Assembly (NCBI GenBank): GCA_964057225.1
Contig: OZ059896.1
Span: 23,513,665 to 23,577,664 of the forward strand
From: Auanema rhodensis
Taxonomy: Eukaryota; Animalia; Nematoda
Length of the DNA: 64,000 nt
Direction of reading: 5' to 3'
Both the position numbers and the translations under genes were made by a program. Position 1 is the first letter of the stretch; the number at the start of each line of letters is the position of its first letter. Under the pieces are notes generated by a model. The model searched no databases and was not told where the DNA came from. It worked only from the letters and a program-made list of their open reading frames with translations. Positions 40,501 through 55,500 of the stretch are shown piece by piece.

Positions 40501-43500
40501 GTCTAAAAACAAATTTTTATTGATATTGGTTCATGGTAACCATGACTTTGAAATTTACGTGAACTTTAATTTATGCTAATTAAATGTACACGTGATGTGC
40601 ACTTGGTATGTAACTCGCTTCACGTGAAAGATAAAGAGATGCGGTTTTCAAAATTAGATTCCCCATGTCCATATTAGTCTAAAAACAAATTTTTATTGAT
40701 ATTGGTGCATGGTAACCATGACTTTGAAATTTACGTGAACTTTAATTTATGCTAATTAAATGTACACGTGATGTGCACTTGGTATGTAACTCGCTTCACG
40801 TGAAAGATAAAGAGATGCGGTTTTCAAAATTAGATTCCCCATGTCCATATTAGTCTAAAAACAAATTTTTATTGATATTGGTGCATGGTAACCATGACTT
40901 TGAAATTTACGTGAACTTTAATTTATGCTAATTAAATGTACACGTGATGTGCACTTTGTATGTAACTCGCTTCACGTGAAAGATAAAGAGATGCGGTTTT
41001 CAAAATTAGATTCCCCATGTCCATATTAGTCTAAAAACAAATTTTTATTGCTATTGGTTCATGGTAACCATGACTTTGAAATTTACGTGAACTTTAATTT
41101 ATGCTAATTAAATGTACACGTGATGTGCACTTGGTATGTAACTCGCTTCACGTGAAAGATAAAGAGATGCGGTTTTCAAAATTAGATTCCCCATGTCCAT
41201 ATTAGTCTAAAAACAAATTTTTATTGATATTGGTTCATGGTAACCATGACTTTGAAATTTACGTGAACTTTAATTTATGCTAATTAATGTACACGTGATG
41301 TGCACTTGGTATGTAACTCGCTTCACGTGAAAGATAAAGAGATGCGGTTTTCAAATTAGATTCCCCATGTCCATATTAGTCTAAAAACAAATTTTTATTG
41401 ATATTGGCGCATGGTAACCATGACTTTGAAATTTACGTGAACTTTAATTTATGCTAATTAAATGTACACGTGATGTGCACTTGGTATGTAACTCGCTTCA
41501 CGTGAAAGATAAAGAGATGCGGTTTTCAAAATTAGATTCCCCATGTCCATATTAGTCTAAAAACAAATTTTTATTGATATTGGTGCATGGTAACCATGAC
41601 TTTGAAATTTACGTGAACTTTAATTTATGCTAATTAAATGTACACGTGATGTGCACTTGGTATGTAACTCGCTTCACGTGAAAGATAAAGAGATGCGGTT
41701 TTCAAAATTAGATTCCCCATGTCCATATTAGTCTAAAAACAAATTTTTATTGATATTGGTGCATGGTAACCATGACTTTGAAATTTACGTGAACTTTAAT
41801 TTATGCTAATTAAATGTACACGTGATGTGCACTTTGTATGTAACTCGCTTCACGTGAAAGATAAAGAGATGCGGTTTTCAAAATTAGATTCCCCATGTCC
41901 ATATTAGTCTAAAAACAAATTTTTATTGATATTGGTGCATGGTAACCATGACTTTGAAATTTACGTGAACTTTAATTTATGCTAATTAAATGTACACGTG
42001 ATGTGCACTTGGTATGTAACTCGCTTCACGTGAAAGATAAAGAGATGCGGTTTTCAAAATTAGATTCCCCATGTCCATATTAGTCTAAAAACAAATTTTT
42101 ATTGATATTGGTGCATGGTAACCATGACTTTGAAATTTACGTGAACTTTAATTTATGCTAATTAAATGTACACGTGATGTGCACTTGGTATGTAACTCGC
42201 TTCACGTGAAAGATAAAGAGATGCGGTTTTCAAAATTAGATTCCCCATGTCCATATTAGTCTAAAAACAAATTTTTATTGATATTGGTTCATGGTAACCA
42301 TGACTTTGAAATTTACGTGAACTTTAATTTATGCTAATTAAATGTACACGTGATGTGCACTTGGTATGTAACTCGCTTCACGTGAAAGATAAAGAGATGC
42401 GGTTTTCAAAATTAGATTCCCCATGTCCATATTAGTCTAAAAACAAATTTTTATTGATATTGGTTCATGGTAACCATGACTTTGAAATTTACGTGAACTT
42501 TAATTTATGCTAATTAAATGTACACGTGATGTGCACTTGGTATGTAACTCGCTTCACGTGAAAGATAAAGAGATGCGGTTTTCAAAATTAGATTCCCCAT
42601 GTCCATATTAGTCTAAAAACAAATTTTTATTGATATTGGTGCATGGTAACCATGACTTTGAAATTTACGTGAACTTTAATTTATGCTAATTAAATGTACA
42701 CGTGATGTGCACTTGGTATGTAACTCGCTTCACGTGAAAGATAAAGAGATGAGGTTTTCAAAATTAGATTCCCCATGTCCATATTAGTCTAAAAACAAAT
42801 TTTTATTGATATTGGTTCATGGTAACCATGACTTTGAAATTTACGTGAACTTTAATTTATGCTAATTAAATGTACACGTGATGTGCACTTGGTATGTAAC
42901 TCGCTTCACGTGAAAGATAAAGAGATGCGGTTTTCAAAATTAGATTCCCCATGTCCATATTAGTCTAAAAACAAATTTTTATTGATATTGCTTCATGGTA
43001 ACCATGACTTTGAAATTTACGTGAACTTTAATTTATGCTAATTAAATGTACACGTGATGTGCACTTGGTATGTAACTCGCTTCACGTGAAAGATAAAGAG
43101 ATACGGTTTTCAAAATTAGATTCCCCATGTCCATATTAGTCTAAAAACAAATTTTTATTGATATTGGTTCATGGTAACCATGACTTTGAAATTTACGTGA
43201 ACTTTAATTTATGCTAATTAAATGTACACGTGATGTGCACTTGGTATGTAACTCGCTTCACGTGAAAGATAAAGAGATGCGGTTTTCAAAATTAGATTCC
43301 CCATGTCCATATTAGTCTAAAAACAAATTTTTATTGATATTGGTGCATGGTAACCATGACTTTGAAATTTACGTGAACTTTAATTTATGCTAATTAAATG
43401 TACACGTGATGTGCACTTGGTATCTAACTCGCTTCACGTGAAAGATAAAGAGATACGGTTTTCAAAATTAGATTCCCCATGTCCATATTAGTCTAAAAAC

Positions 43501-46500
43501 AAATTTTTATTGATATTGGTTCATGGTAACCATGACTTTGAAATTTACGTGAACTTTAATTTATGCTAATTAAATGTACACGTGATGTGCACTTGGTATG
43601 TAACTCGCTTCACGTGAAAGATAAAGAGATACGGTTTTCAAAATTAGATTCCCCATGTCCATATTAGTCTAAAAACAAATTTTTATTGATATTGGTGCAT
43701 GGTAACCATGACTTTGAAATTTACGTGAACTTTAATTTATGCTAATTAAATGTACACGTGATGTGCACTTGGTATGTAACTCGCTTCACGTGAAAGATAA
43801 AGAGATACGGTTTTCAAAATTAGATTCCCCATGTCCATATTAGTCTAAAAACAAATTTTTATTGATATTGGTTCATGGTAACCATGACTTTGAAATTTAC
43901 GTGAACTTTAATTTATGCTAATTAAATGTACACGTGATGTGCACTTGGTATGTAACTCGCTTCACGTGAAAGATAAAGAGATGCGGTTTTCAAAATTAGA
44001 TTCCCCATGTCCATATTAGTCTAAAAACAAATTTTTATTGATATTGGTGCATGGTAACCATGACTTTGAAATTTACGTGAACTTTAATTTATGCTAATTA
44101 AATGTACACGTGATGTGCACTTGGTATGTAACTCGCTTCACGTGAAAGATAAAGAGATGCGGTTTTCAAAATTAGATTCCCCATGTCCATATTAGTCTAA
44201 AAACAAATTTTTATTGATATTGGTGCATGGTAACCATGACTTTGAAATTTACGTGAACTTTAATTTATGCTAATTAAATGTACACGTGATGTGCACTTGG
44301 TATGTAACTCGCTTCACGTGAAAGATAAAGAGATGCGGTTTTCAAAATTAGATTCCCCATGTCCATATTAGTCTAAAAACAAATTTTTATTGATATTGGT
44401 GCATGGTAACCATGACTTTGAAATTTACGTGAACTTTAATTTATGCTAATTAAATGTACACGTGATGTGCACTTGGTATGTAACTCGCTTCACGTGAAAG
44501 ATAAAGAGATACGGTTTTCAAAATTAGATTCCCCATGTCCATATTAGTCTAAAAACAAATTTTTATTGATATTGGTTCATGGTAACCATGACTTTGAAAT
44601 TTACGTGAACTTTAATTTATGCTAATTAAATGTACACGTGATGTGCACTTGGTATGTAACTCGCTTCACGTGAAAGATAAAGAGATACGGTTTTCAAAAT
44701 TAGATTCCCCATGTCCATATTAGTCTAAAAACAAATTTTTATTGATATTGGTGCATGGTAACCATGACTTTGAAATTTACGTGAACTTTAATTTATGCTA
44801 ATTAAATGTACACGTGATGTGCACTTGGTATGTAACTCGCTTCACGTGAAAGATAAAGAGATACGGTTTTCAAAATTAGATTCCCCATGTCCATATTAGT
44901 CTAAAAACAAATTTTTATTGATATTGGTTCATGGTAACCATGACTTTGAAATTTACGTGAACTTTAATTTATGCTAATTAAATGTACACGTGATGTGCAC
45001 TTGGTATGTAACTCGCTTCACGTGAAAGATAAAGAGATGCGGTTTTCAAAATTAGATTCCCCATGTCCATATTAGTCTAAAAACAAATTTTTATTGATAT
45101 TGGTGCATGGTAACCATGACTTTGAAATTTACGTGAACTTTAATTTATGCTAATTAAATGTACACGTGATGTGCACTTGGTATGTAACTCGCTTCACGTG
45201 AAAGATAAAGAGATGCGGTTTTCAAAATTAGATTCCCCATGTCCATATTAGTCTAAAAACAAATTTTTATTGATATTGGTGCATGGTAACCATGACTTTG
45301 AAATTTACGTGAACTTTAATTTATGCTAATTAAATGTACACGTGATGTGCACTTGGTATGTAACTCGCTTCACGTGAAAGATAAAGAGATGCGGTTTTCA
45401 AAATTAGATTCCCCATGTCCATATTAGTCTAAAAACAAATTTTTATTGATATTGGTGCATGGTAACCATGACTTTGAAATTTACGTGAACTTTAATTTAT
45501 GCTAATTAAATGTACACGTGATGTGCACTTGGTATGTAACTCGCTTCACGTGAAAGATAAAGAGATGCGGTTTTCAAAATTAGATTCCCCATGTCCATAT
45601 TAGTCTAAAAACAAATTTTTATTGATATTGGTTCATGGTAACCATGACTTTGAAATTTACGTGAACTTTAATTTATGCTAATTAAATGTACACGTGATGT
45701 GCACTTGGTATGTAACTCGCTTCACGTGAAAGATAAAGAGATGCGGTTTTCAAAATTAGATTCCCCATGTCCATATTAGTCTAAAAACAAATTTTTATTG
45801 ATATTGGTTCATGGTAACCATGACTTTGAAATTTACGTGAACTTTAATTTATGCTAATTAAATGTACACGTGATGTGCACTTGGTATGTAACTCGCTTCA
45901 CGTGAAAGATAAAGAGATGCGGTTTTCAAAATTAGATTCCCCATGTCCATATTAGTCTAAAAACAAATTTTTATTGATATTGGTGCATGGTAACCATGAC
46001 TTTGAAATTTACGTGAACTTTAATTTATGCTAATTAAATGTACACGTGATGTGCACTTGGTATGTAACTCGCTTCACGTGAAAGATAAAGAGATGCGGTT
46101 TTCAAAATTAGATTCCCCATGTCCATATTAGTCTAAAAACAAATTTTTATTGATATTGGTGCATGGTAACCATGACTTTGAAATTTACGTGAACTTTAAT
46201 TTATGCTAATTAAATGTACACGTGATGTGCACTTGGTATGTAACTCGCTTCACGTGAAAGATAAAGAGATACGGTTTTCAAAATTAGATTCCCCATGTCC
46301 ATATTAGTCTAAAAACAAATTTTTATTGATATTGGTTCATGGTAACCATGACTTTGAAATTTACGTGAACTTTAATTTATGCTAATTAAATGTACACGTG
46401 ATGTGCACTTGGTATGTAACTCGCTTCACGTGAAAGATAAAGAGATACGGTTTTCAAAATTAGATTCCCCATGTCCATATTAGTCTAAAAACAAATTTTT

Positions 46501-49500
46501 ATTGATATTGGTGCATGGTAACCATGACTTTGAAATTTACGTGAACTTTAATTTATGCACATACCATGTACACGTGATGTGCACTTGGTATGTAACTCGC
46601 TTCACGTGAAAGATAAAGAGATACGGTTTTCAAAATTAGATTCCCCATGTCCATATTAGTCTAAAAACAAATTTTTATTGATATTGGTTCATGGTAACCA
46701 TGACTTTGAAATTTACGTGAACTTTAATTTATGCTAATTAAATGTACACGTGATGTGCACTTGGTATGTAACTCGCTTCACGTGAAAGATAAAGAGATGC
46801 GGTTTTCAAAATTAGATTCCCCATGTCCATATTAGTCTAAAAACAAATTTTTATTGATATTGGTGCATGGTAACCATGACTTTGAAATTTACGTGAACTT
46901 TAATTTATGCTAATTAAATGTACACGTGATGTGCACTTGGTATGTAACTCGCTTCACGTGAAAGATAAAGAGATGCGGTTTTCAAAATTAGATTCCCCAT
47001 GTCCATATTAGTCTAAAAACAAATTTTTATTGATATTGGTGCATGGTAACCATGACTTTGAAATTTACGTGAACTTTAATTTATGCTAATTAAATGTACA
47101 CGTGATGTGCACTTGGTATGTAACTCGCTTCACGTGAAAGATAAAGAGATGCGGTTTTCAAAATTAGATTCCCCATGTCCATATTAGTCTAAAAACAAAT
47201 TTTTATTGATATTGGTGCATGGTAACCATGACTTTGAAATTTACGTGAACTTTAATTTATGCTAATTAAATGTACACGTGATGTGCACTTGGTATGTAAC
47301 TCGCTTCACGTGAAAGATAAAGAGATGCGGTTTTCAAAATTAGATTCCCCATGTCCATATTAGTCTAAAAACAAATTTTTATTGATATTGGTGCATGGTA
47401 ACCATGACTTTGAAATTTACGTGAACTTTAATTTATGCTAATTAAATGTACACGTGATGTGCACTTGGTATGTAACTCGCTTCACGTGAAAGATAAAGAG
47501 ATACGGTTTTCAAAATTAGATTCCCCATGTCCATATTAGTCTAAAAACAAATTTTTATTGATATTGGTGCATGGTAACCATGACTTTGAAATTTACGTGA
47601 ACTTTAATTTATGCTAATTAAATGTACACGTGATGTGCACTTGGTATGTAACTCGCTTCACGTGAAAGATAAAGAGATACGGTTTTCAAAATTAGATTCC
47701 CCATGTCCATATTAGTCTAAAAACAAATTTTTATTGATATTGGTTCATGGTAACCATGACTTTGAAATTTACGTGAACTTTAATTTATGCTAATTAAATG
47801 TACACGTGATGTGCACTTGGTATGTAACTCGCTTCACGTGAAAGATAAAGAGATGCGGTTTTCAAAATTAGATTCCCCATGTCCATATTAGTCTAAAAAC
47901 AAATTTTTATTGATATTGGTGCATGGTAACCATGACTTTGAAATTTACGTGAACTTTAATTTATGCTAATTAAATGTACACGTGATGTGCACTTGGTATG
48001 TAACTCGCTTCACGTGAAAGATAAAGAGATGCGGTTTTCAAAATTAGATTCCCCATGTCCATATTAGTCTAAAAACAAATTTTTATTGATATTGGTGCAT
48101 GGTAACCATGACTTTGAAATTTACGTGAACTTTAATTTATGCTAATTAAATGTACACGTGATGTGCACTTGGTATGTAACTCGCTTCACGTGAAAGATAA
48201 AGAGATGCGGTTTTCAAAATTAGATTCCCCATGTCCATATTAGTCTAAAAACAAATTTTTATTGATATTGGTGCATGGTAACCATGACTTTGAAATTTAC
48301 GTGAACTTTAATTTATGCTAATTAAATGTACACGTGATGTGCACTTGGTATGTAACTCGCTTCACGTGAAAGATAAAGAGATGCGGTTTTCAAAATTAGA
48401 TTCCCCATGTCCATATTAGTCTAAAAACAAATTTTTATTGATATTGGTGCATGGTAACCATGACTTTGAAATTTACGTGAACTTTAATTTATGCTAATTA
48501 AATGTACACGTGATGTGCACTTGGTATGTAACTCGCTTCACGTGAAAGATAAAGAGATGCGGTTTTCAAAATTAGATTCCCCATGTCCATATTAGTCTAA
48601 AAACAAATTTTTATTGATATTGGTGCATGGTAACCATGACTTTGAAATTTACGTGAACTTTAATTTATGCTAATTAAATGTACACGTGATGTGCACTTGG
48701 TATGTAACTCGCTTCACGTGAAAGATAAAGAGATGCGGTTTTCAAAATTAGATTCCCCATGTCCATATTAGTCTAAAAACAAATTTTTATTGATATTGGT
48801 GCATGGTAACCATGACTTTGAAATTTACGTGAACTTTAATTTATGCTAATTAAATGTACACGTGATGTGCACTTGGTATGTAACTCGCTTCACGTGAAAG
48901 ATAAAGAGATGCGGTTTTCAAAATTAGATTCCCCATGTCCATATTAGTCTAAAAACAAATTTTTATTGATATTGGTTCATGGTAACCATGACTTTGAAAT
49001 TTACGTGAACTTTAATTTATGCTAATTAAATGTACACGTGATGTGCACTTGGTATGTAACTCGCTTCACGTGAAAGATAAAGAGATGCGGTTTTCAAAAT
49101 TAGATTCCCCATGTCCATATTAGTCTAAAAACAAATTTTTATTGATATTGGTTCATGGTAACCATGACTTTGAAATTTACGTGAACTTTAATTTATGCTA
49201 ATTAAATGTACACGTGATGTGCACTTGGTATGTAACTCGCTTCACGTGAAAGATAAAGAGATGCGGTTTTCAAAATTAGATTCCCCATGTCCATATTAGT
49301 CTAAAAACAAATTTTTATTGATATTGGTGCATGGTAACCATGACTTTGAAATTTACGTGAACTTTAATTTATGCTAATTAAATGTACACGTGATGTGCAC
49401 TTGGTATGTAACTCGCTTCACGTGAAAGATAAAGAGATGAGGTTTTCAAAATTAGATTCCCCATGTCCATATTAGTCTAAAAACAAATTTTTATTGATAT

Positions 49501-52500
49501 TGGTTCATGGTAACCATGACTTTGAAATTTACGTGAACTTTAATTTATGCTAATTAAATGTACACGTGATGTGCACTTGGTATGTAACTCGCTTCACGTG
49601 AAAGATAAAGAGATGCGGTTTTCAAAATTAGATTCCCCATGTCCATATTAGTCTAAAAACAAATTTTTATTGATATTGGTTCATGGTAACCATGACTTTG
49701 AAATTTACGTGAACTTTAATTTATGCTAATTAAATGTACACGTGATGTGCACTTGGTATGTAACTCGCTTCACGTGAAAGATAAAGAGATGCGGTTTTCA
49801 AAATTAGATTCCCCATGTCCATATTAGTCTAAAAACAAATTTTTATTGATATTGGTGCATGGTAACCATGACTTTGAAATTTACGTGAACTTTAATTTAT
49901 GCTAATTAAATGTACACGTGATGTGCACTTGGTATGTAACTCGCTTCACGTGAAAGATAAAGAGATGAGGTTTTCAAAATTAGATTCCCCATGTCCATAT
50001 TAGTCTAAAAACAAATTTTTATTGATATTGGTTCATGGTAACCATGACTTTGAAATTTACGTGAACTTTAATTTATGCTAATTAAATGTACACGTGATGT
50101 GCACTTGGTATGTAACTCGCTTCACGTGAAAGATAAAGAGATGCGGTTTTCAAAATTAGATTCCCCATGTCCATATTAGTCTAAAAACAAATTTTTATTG
50201 ATATTGCTTCATGGTAACCATGACTTTGAAATTTACGTGAACTTTAATTTATGCTAATTAAATGTACACGTGATGTGCACTTGGTATGTAACTCGCTTCA
50301 CGTGAAAGATAAAGAGATACGGTTTTCAAAATTAGATTCCCCATGTCCATATTAGTCTAAAAACAAATTTTTATTGATATTGGTTCATGGTAACCATGAC
50401 TTTGAAATTTACGTGAACTTTAATTTATGCTAATTAAATGTACACGTGATGTGCACTTGGTATGTAACTCGCTTCACGTGAAAGATAAAGAGATGCGGTT
50501 TTCAAAATTAGATTCCCCATGTCCATATTAGTCTAAAAACAAATTTTTATTGATATTGGTGCATGGTAACCATGACTTTGAAATTTACGTGAACTTTAAT
50601 TTATGCTAATTAAATGTACACGTGATGTGCACTTGGTATGTAACTCGCTTCACGTGAAAGATAAAGAGATACGGTTTTCAAAATTAGATTCCCCATGTCC
50701 ATATCAGTCTAAAAACAAATTTTTATTGATATTGGTTCATGGTAACCATGACTTTGAAATTTACGTGAACTTTAATTTATGCTAATTAAATGTACACGTG
50801 ATGTGCACTTGGTATGTAACTCGCTTCACGTGAAAGATAAAGAGATGCGGTTTTCAAAATTAGATTCCCCATGTCCATATTAGTCTAAAAACAAATTTTT
50901 ATTGATATTGGTTCATGGTAACCATGACTTTGAAATTTACGTGAACTTTAATTTATGCTAATTAAATGTACACGTGATGTGCACTTGGTATGTAACTCGC
51001 TTCACGTGAAAGATAAAGAGATGCGGTTTTCAAAATTAGATTCCCCATGTCCATATTAGTCTAAAAACAAATTTTTATTGATATTGGTGCATGGTAACCA
51101 TGACTTTGAAATTTACGTGAACTTTAATTTATGCTAATTAAATGTACACGTGATGTGCACTTGGTATGTAACTCGCTTCACGTGAAAGATAAAGAGATAC
51201 GGTTTTCAAAATTAGATTCCCCATGTCCATATCAGTCTAAAAACAAATTTTTATTGATATTGGTTCATGGTAACCATGACTTTGAAATTTACGTGAACTT
51301 TAATTTATGCTAATTAAATGTACACGTGATGTGCACTTGGTATGTAACTCGCTTCACGTGAAAGATAAAGAGATGCGGTTTTCAAAATTAGATTCCCCAT
51401 GTCCATATTAGTCTAAAAACAAATTTTTATTGATATTGGTGCATGGTAACCATGACTTTGAAATTTACGTGAACTTTAATTTATGCTAATTAAATGTACA
51501 CGTGATGTGCACTTGGTATGTAACTCGCTTCACGTGAAAGATAAAGAGATGCGGTTTTCAAAATTAGATTCCCCATGTCCATATTAGTCTAAAAACAAAT
51601 TTTTATTGATATTGGTGCATGGTAACCATGACTTTGAAATTTACGTGAACTTTAATTTATGCTAATTAAATGTACACGTGATGTGCACTTGGTATGTAAC
51701 TCGCTTCACGTGAAAGATAAAGAGATGCGGTTTTCAAAATTAGATTCCCCATGTCCATATTAGTCTAAAAACAAATTTTTATTGATATTGGTGCATGGTA
51801 ACCATGACTTTGAAATTTACGTGAACTTTAATTTATGCTAATTAAATGTACACGTGATGTGCACTTGGTATGTAACTCGCTTCACGTGAAAGATAAAGAG
51901 ATACGGTTTTCAAAATTAGATTCCCCATGTCCATATCAGTCTAAAAACAAATTTTTATTGATATTGGTTCATGGTAACCATGACTTTGAAATTTACGTGA
52001 ACTTTAATTTATGCTAATTAAATGTACACGTGATGTGCACTTGGTATGTAACTCGCTTCACGTGAAAGATAAAGAGATACGGTTTTCAAAATTAGATTCC
52101 CCATGTCCATATCAGTCTAAAAACAAATTTTTATTGATATTGGTTCATGGTAACCATGACTTTGAAATTTACGTGAACTTTAATTTATGCTAATTAAATG
52201 TACACGTGATGTGCACTTGGTATGTAACTCGCTTCACGTGAAAGATAAAGAGATGCGGTTTTCAAAATTAGATTCCCCATGTCCATATTAGTCTAAAAAC
52301 AAATTTTTATTGATATTGGTGCATGGTAACCATGACTTTGAAATTTACGTGAACTTTAATTTATGCTAATTAAATGTACACGTGATGTGCACTTTGTATG
52401 TAACTCGCTTCACGTGAAAGATAAAGAGATGCGGTTTTCAAAATTAGATTCCCCATGTCCATATTAGTCTAAAAACAAATTTTTATTGATATTGGTGCAT

Positions 52501-55500
52501 GGTAACCATGACTTTGAAATTTACGTGAACTTTAATTTATGCTAATTAAATGTACACGTGATGTGCACTTGGTATGTAACTCGCTTCACGTGAAAGATAA
52601 AGAGATGCGGTTTTCAAAATTAGATTCCCCATGTCCATATTAGTCTAAAAACAAATTTTTATTGATATTGGTGCATGGTAACCATGACTTTGAAATTTAC
52701 GTGAACTTTAATTTATGCTAATTAAATGTACACGTGATGTGCACTTGGTATGTAACTCGCTTCACGTGAAAGATAAAGAGATGCGGTTTTCAAAATTAGA
52801 TTCCCCATGTCCATATTAGTCTAAAAACAAATTTTTATTGATATTGGTGCATGGTAACCATGACTTTGAAATTTACGTGAACTTTAATTTATGCTAATTA
52901 AATGTACACGTGATGTGCACTTGGTATGTAACTCGCTTCACGTGAAAGATAAAGAGATGAGGTTTTCAAAATTAGATTCCCCATGTCCATATTAGTCTAA
53001 AAACAAATTTTTATTGATATTGGTTCATGGTAACCATGACTTTGAAATTTACGTGAACTTTAATTTATGCTAATTAAATGTACACGTGATGTGCACTTGG
53101 TATGTAACTCGCTTCACGTGAAAGATAAAGAGATGCGGTTTTCAAAATTAGATTCCCCATGTCCATATTAGTCTAAAAACAAATTTTTATTGATATTGCT
53201 TCATGGTAACCATGACTTTGAAATTTACGTGAACTTTAATTTATGCTAATTAAATGTACACGTGATGTGCACTTGGTATGTAACTCGCTTCACGTGAAAG
53301 ATAAAGAGATACGGTTTTCAAAATTAGATTCCCCATGTCCATATTAGTCTAAAAACAAATTTTTATTGATATTGGTTCATGGTAACCATGACTTTGAAAT
53401 TTACGTGAACTTTAATTTATGCTAATTAAATGTACACGTGATGTGCACTTGGTATGTAACTCGCTTCACGTGAAAGATAAAGAGATGCGGTTTTCAAAAT
53501 TAGATTCCCCATGTCCATATTAGTCTAAAAACAAATTTTTATTGATATTGGTGCATGGTAACCATGACTTTGAAATTTACGTGAACTTTAATTTATGCTA
53601 ATTAAATGTACACGTGATGTGCACTTGGTATGTAACTCGCTTCACGTGAAAGATAAAGAGATACGGTTTTCAAAATTAGATTCCCCATGTCCATATCAGT
53701 CTAAAAACAAATTTTTATTGATATTGGTTCATGGTAACCATGACTTTGAAATTTACGTGAACTTTAATTTATGCTAATTAAATGTACACGTGATGTGCAC
53801 TTGGTATGTAACTCGCTTCACGTGAAAGATAAAGAGATACGGTTTTCAAAATTAGATTCCCCATGTCCATATCAGTCTAAAAACAAATTTTTATTGATAT
53901 TGGTTCATGGTAACCATGACTTTGAAATTTACGTGAACTTTAATTTATGCTAATTAAATGTACACGTGATGTGCACTTGGTATGTAACTCGCTTCACGTG
54001 AAAGATAAAGAGATGCGGTTTTCAAAATTAGATTCCCCATGTCCATATTAGTCTAAAAACAAATTTTTATTGATATTGGTGCATGGTAACCATGACTTTG
54101 AAATTTACGTGAACTTTAATTTATGCTAATTAAATGTACACGTGATGTGCACTTGGTATGTAACTCGCTTCACGTGAAAGATAAAGAGATGCGGTTTTCA
54201 AAATTAGATTCCCCATGTCCATATTAGTCTAAAAACAAATTTTTATTGATATTGGTGCATGGTAACCATGACTTTGAAATTTACGTGAACTTTAATTTAT
54301 GCTAATTAAATGTACACGTGATGTGCACTTGGTATGTAACTCGCTTCACGTGAAAGATAAAGAGATACGGTTTTCAAAATTAGATTCCCCATGTCCATAT
54401 CAGTCTAAAAACAAATTTTTATTGATATTGGTTCATGGTAACCATGACTTTGAAATTTACGTGAACTTTAATTTATGCTAATTAAATGTACACGTGATGT
54501 GCACTTGGTATGTAACTCGCTTCACGTGAAAGATAAAGAGATACGGTTTTCAAAATTAGATTCCCCATGTCCATATCAGTCTAAAAACAAATTTTTATTG
54601 ATATTGGTTCATGGTAACCATGACTTTGAAATTTACGTGAACTTTAATTTATGCTAATTAAATGTACACGTGATGTGCACTTGGTATGTAACTCGCTTCA
54701 CGTGAAAGATAAAGAGATGCGGTTTTCAAAATTAGATTCCCCATGTCCATATTAGTCTAAAAACAAATTTTTATTGATATTGGTGCATGGTAACCATGAC
54801 TTTGAAATTTACGTGAACTTTAATTTATGCTAATTAAATGTACACGTGATGTGCACTTGGTATGTAACTCGCTTCACGTGAAAGATAAAGAGATACGGTT
54901 TTCAAAATTAGATTCCCCATGTCCATATTAGTCTAAAAACAAATTTTTATTGATATTGGTTCATGGTAACCATGACTTTGAAATTTACGTGAACTTTAAT
55001 TTATGCTAATTAAATGTACACGTGATGTGCACTTGGTATGTAACTCGCTTCACGTGAAAGATAAAGAGATGCGGTTTTCAAAATTAGATTCCCCATGTCC
55101 ATATTAGTCTAAAAACAAATTTTTATTGATATTGCTTCATGGTAACCATGACTTTGAAATTTACGTGAACTTTAATTTATGCTAATTAAATGTACACGTG
55201 ATGTGCACTTGGTATGTAACTCGCTTCACGTGAAAGATAAAGAGATACGGTTTTCAAAATTAGATTCCCCATGTCCATATTAGTCTAAAAACAAATTTTT
55301 ATTGATATTGGTTCATGGTAACCATGACTTTGAAATTTACGTGAACTTTAATTTATGCTAATTAAATGTACACGTGATGTGCACTTGGTATGTAACTCGC
55401 TTCACGTGAAAGATAAAGAGATGCGGTTTTCAAAATTAGATTCCCCATGTCCATATTAGTCTAAAAACAAATTTTTATTGATATTGGTGCATGGTAACCA

